Positions 61,465-64,000 of a DNA stretch of 64,000 bases are shown piece by piece. Numbering within the stretch: the first letter of the stretch is position 1; the number at the start of each line of letters is the position of its first letter. The position numbers were made by a program, and so were the translations under genes. This DNA is from Candidatus Omnitrophota bacterium. GTDB lineage: Bacteria > Omnitrophota > Gorgyraeia > 2-01-FULL-45-10. The DNA is taken from contig JAQVUX010000001.1 of the NCBI GenBank assembly GCA_028699255.1, positions 228,733-292,732 of the forward strand, read 5' to 3'. The notes beneath the pieces were generated by a model. That model worked only from the letters and a program-made list of their open reading frames with translations, did not search any database and was not told the DNA's origin.

Positions 61465-62913
61465 CTAATCGCAAAACAAGAAATTCTTAAACGACCATAT
61501 ATTTTTCCTGTCAAGGCATAGGTTGGGATTTTCCTTAAAGAAGATCTGGTAATTCTTAAGCGGCGTCCAGTCTGAAGGAGTTGACGCTAATTTTCCCAAA
61601 TATGGGCGCGCGATATTAAGAATATACTCATACGGAAGATCATCCGGCATACATACCCCTTTTTGCGGATTTTCCAGCATCCACATAACAGCCGAAACTG
61701 CGCCGATAGCTACCTGTATCGTCGTAGCGTTCTGATGGGGAACGAGCCTGCGCGATTCTTCTATACTGAGTATACTTCCAGTCCACCAGGAGTTATACCT
61801 ATGCCCCATGATAAGCGCTCCAAGTATATCATCGCCTCCGACGATCTCGTCGTTCATGATCCTTAGGTTTTTCTGGAGATCGTAATTCCTGCTCCTTAGC
61901 TCATAAAGAGACGTTATCGTTTCATTGCAAGGCATATACGCGTAATGCACCGTAGGGCAATAAACTATTTTCCCATTCTCTCTGACGGTAAGATGATCGG
62001 AGATGCTTATCGCCTCTGCATGCCTTATGACCATACCGATGATCTCCTCATTGGGAACCCACGACCGTACCCATGTATTCATCCCCATCTGGGACAGGAA
62101 TATTTGATTTTTACCATTTGCAGGCGGGAACGTTGAGAATAACGGTATGTCGGTCTCGTGGGTACCCCATCCCATTTCCGCGGGGGCGATGCCTTCCTCC
62201 CTCAATCCCTCGATGCTCCACGTACCCACGAATTCATTATACCTTTTGGGTCTATTTGTAATCTGAGTATCGTGTTCGCTTATATGGATGACCTTGACAC
62301 CCAGTTCCTTCGCTAAATGAGAAAATATCTTTGCCTTAAGGCATTCTTTGATTTTGTGTTTTATCTTGGGCGAAAGATTGTCCTCGCTTATTAATTTCTG
62401 GGCGATATCGGCTAGACCCTTCTTTGTAAAATGAGATATGAGCCCCGGATTGGCTCCGTGGTCTAGGATCGCTGTTGTCTTTGGGTCTTTCCATCGTGAT
62501 GTAATCTTCTGTATCTCTTTCTGACGATAGTAGAGGGATTTCTGAAAAGGGGTTTTATTGTGTATATCCGCATAAGGATCCCACTGCTCTACAGACGTAT
62601 TGATGTATAAAACTTTATTCTCGTGGCACCAGCTTAGCATTTCAATACAGTCTATATTCCATGAAAGGTCTATTATTATACCGCCGGGAGAAACGTGCTC
62701 CGACAAGATTTGCGAAAGATTGAGAGGAGTGATCTTTTCCTGGAAAAATTTCACTCCACGTCTTATATAGGGCGAGAGCGCTTTTCTTTTATCTACAAAA
62801 TCTAATATTGTAATATTTTTATACGGTATGGAGATGTGTTTGAGAAGAATGGGTAAAGCGCAGCGGGCTACTGATCCGTAACCAATCATTAAAACTTTAT
62901 TTTTAAACGTCAT
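61465..62913 (-). CDS. hss: Homospermidine synthase (bacterial type, saccharopine-dehydrogenase fold)
   Basis: Multiple blocks match recalled Blastochloris HSS: GYGSVARCALPIL, VGTWSIEGL, EMGWGTHE, VRSWVP, ISISDHLTVR, VHYAYMPCNE, LSIEESRRLVPHQNATTIQV, DWTPL. 482 aa. Confidence 0.75.
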   Translation of the reverse strand: MTFKNKVLMIGYGSVARCALPILLKHISIPYKNITILDFVDKRKALSPYIRRGVKFFQEKITPLNLSQILSEHVSPGGIIIDLSWNIDCIEMLSWCHENKVLYINTSVEQWDPYADIHNKTPFQKSLYYRQKEIQKITSRWKDPKTTAILDHGANPGLISHFTKKGLADIAQKLISEDNLSPKIKHKIKECLKAKIFSHLAKELGVKVIHISEHDTQITNRPKRYNEFVGTWSIEGLREEGIAPAEMGWGTHETDIPLFSTFPPANGKNQIFLSQMGMNTWVRSWVPNEEIIGMVIRHAEAISISDHLTVRENGKIVYCPTVHYAYMPCNETITSLYELRSRNYDLQKNLRIMNDEIVGGDDILGALIMGHRYNSWWTGSILSIEESRRLVPHQNATTIQVAIGAVSAVMWMLENPQKGVCMPDDLPYEYILNIARPYLGKLASTPSDWTPLKNYQIFFKENPNLCLDRKNIWSFKNFLFCD

Positions 62914-63320
62914 GATATCATTGCCCTCCTTGTATGGGTTTTAAACAAAAAAAACACTCCGTCCCACATGGACAAAGTGGTTTTACAAAGAGAGCAAGAT
63001 GTTAAGTGATATCCTCCTTTTGTTTATCATGATACTATAATTTTAACACAAAATTCTTAAAGATCAAATTTTTTCGACTGACCTTATATAAACAAAAAAA
63101 CCTACACAAGACTGATAGACTTACGAAGTTTTTACTTTTTTATAGTCTAAGATTTACACCCTCCTAGCTAGGGATTGTCTCAATTTTGTTTAAGTGTAGC
63201 GCATTCCCTTATTTTGTCAACTCAACAGGAACTAATTCCAATAGTTTCTTATTAAAGTCTAAAACCTCAATATCACATAACTCATTTATATCGTTAAAGT
63301 TATGCAATAAATCTGTTAAG

Positions 63321-63414
63321 TTGGTGGTGAGGGAAGGATTCGAACCTTCGAAGGCTTGCGCCGTCAGATTTCAAGTGCCCCCAGGTTACCCCGGGGCTTG
63401 GACTATCTCATCAC
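63321..63414 (-). tRNA. tRNA-Tyr-like element: 3' half (anticodon loop, variable arm, T-arm, acceptor, CCA) canonical; 5' half non-canonical (possible pseudo/partial tRNA or interrupted gene)
   Basis: Minus-sense ...CTTGAAATCTGACGGCGCAAGCCTTCGAAGGTTCGAATCCTTCCCTCACCACCA is close to the E. coli tRNA-Tyr 3' half. A 5' GGTGATG 94 nt upstream pairs 6 of 7 with the acceptor, but no D-arm or anticodon stem can be drawn. Confidence 0.4.
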
Positions 63415-63559
63415 CATGGCTTACCAATATTCTGATAAACTTTAGGCGGCGGGCGCTTAGTCTCTGCACCTTCAATGAGCTAAAAAAATAAGCTCAAGGC
63501 TTGGCTCAGGATTCCCCTTACCGTTTTTGCGTTAAGGGCTCCCCTGAATTCACCCGCTT

Positions 63560-63985
63560 TTACACCCCGAATTTCTTCGAGGCGCTGCGTTCACCACAGT
63601 CTGATCCATTTGACCGCTTTGGTACCTCACCACATTCGTTTATATAGGCATCGATCCAGTCTCTGATTATGCCTAATAATTTTATATCATTGTAGCGTAT
63701 ATGAACAAGACCGTAAAGCAATTTTCTATCGCTATTGTTTGAGCTTCCGACTCTAATATACGGTTTTGTGAATTGCTCCTTAGGTATCGCGGTAACATTA
63801 CACCAATAATTTTTCAGCTTTTCGATATCCTGATACTCGTAAGCATATAAATAAACCCGCAGACGCCTGTCATCTACGCCACATATTTCGCGCAAGAATT
63901 TTAAAAATATTTTGACCATCCGCGGATCGCTATTGGCAAAATCTACGGTGGACCTTTTAAGCGTTCCTTCCGCCCAATAAAGCAT
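63560..63985 (-). CDS. Hypothetical protein, possible single-motif LAGLIDADG-like homing endonuclease (N-terminus may extend beyond window)
   Basis: Upstream in-frame codons to the window edge read KIAGV before MLYWAEGTLKRS...DPRMVKIFLKFLREICGV. The pattern is reminiscent of LAGLIDADG followed by a conserved hydrophobic helix. Weak. Confidence 0.3.
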   Translation of the reverse strand: MLYWAEGTLKRSTVDFANSDPRMVKIFLKFLREICGVDDRRLRVYLYAYEYQDIEKLKNYWCNVTAIPKEQFTKPYIRVGSSNNSDRKLLYGLVHIRYNDIKLLGIIRDWIDAYINECGEVPKRSNGSDCGERSASKKFGV

Positions 63986-64000
63986 TACCCCTGCTATCTT

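Noticed and set aside
63321-63700. tmRNA (ssrA) interpretation of the T-arm/ACCA element
   Set aside because: There is no GGGG...UUCGACG 5' domain or tag reading frame, and the 3' half matches tRNA-Tyr (variable arm) rather than the tRNA-Ala-like tmRNA end.

Overview
This 64-kb window looks bacterial, with mixed GC that is mostly around 50% and a few AT-rich intergenic stretches. Nearly all genes are on the minus strand. The window is dominated by one long, contiguous translation/transcription superoperon running from about 46.07 kb down to 13.8 kb. It begins with a near-consensus sigma70 promoter, followed by tRNA-Thr, tuf, rpmG, tRNA-Trp, secE, nusG, rplKAJL, rpoB, rpoC, rpsL-rpsG-fusA and a second identical tuf copy. 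It continues with the S10, spc and alpha ribosomal-protein operons. Two short genes missing from the ORF track are recovered by hand, rpmJ (L36) and rpmG (L33). Downstream of this, from 13.7 kb to 1.7 kb, is a long co-directional metabolic cluster: an aminotransferase, LeuC/LeuD-like dehydratase subunits, an IDH/IPMDH-family dehydrogenase, mdh, lpd, lipB, lipA, a standalone 76-aa lipoyl-domain protein, three glycolipid or lipid A-type transferases, DedA and cobO. The left edge carries a secreted-subunit gene and a partial periplasmic chaperone-like gene. The right third (46-64 kb) is more accessory. It holds a complete Bat aerotolerance-type operon (MoxR, DUF58, membrane protein, BatA-E) with an extreme KDQ-rich low-complexity tract in BatC. 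It also has tRNA-Gly(TCC) with a 20-bp 3'-end direct repeat just downstream, and a fluoride riboswitch-crcB unit with its own promoter next to a CDF metal exporter. Most interesting is an islet of about 4.4 kb bounded by a tRNA-Tyr-like 3' end and a 13-bp direct repeat of that end. The islet carries homospermidine synthase, an NhaP2-type antiporter and a small cassette-like module: an ANT(2'')-like nucleotidyltransferase plus two tiny translationally coupled ORFs. That module is bracketed by two direct copies of a structured hairpin element that carries a perfect DnaA-box sequence. A LAGLIDADG-like ORF sits at the right edge next to the tRNA-like element. No CRISPR array, integrase or transposase was seen.
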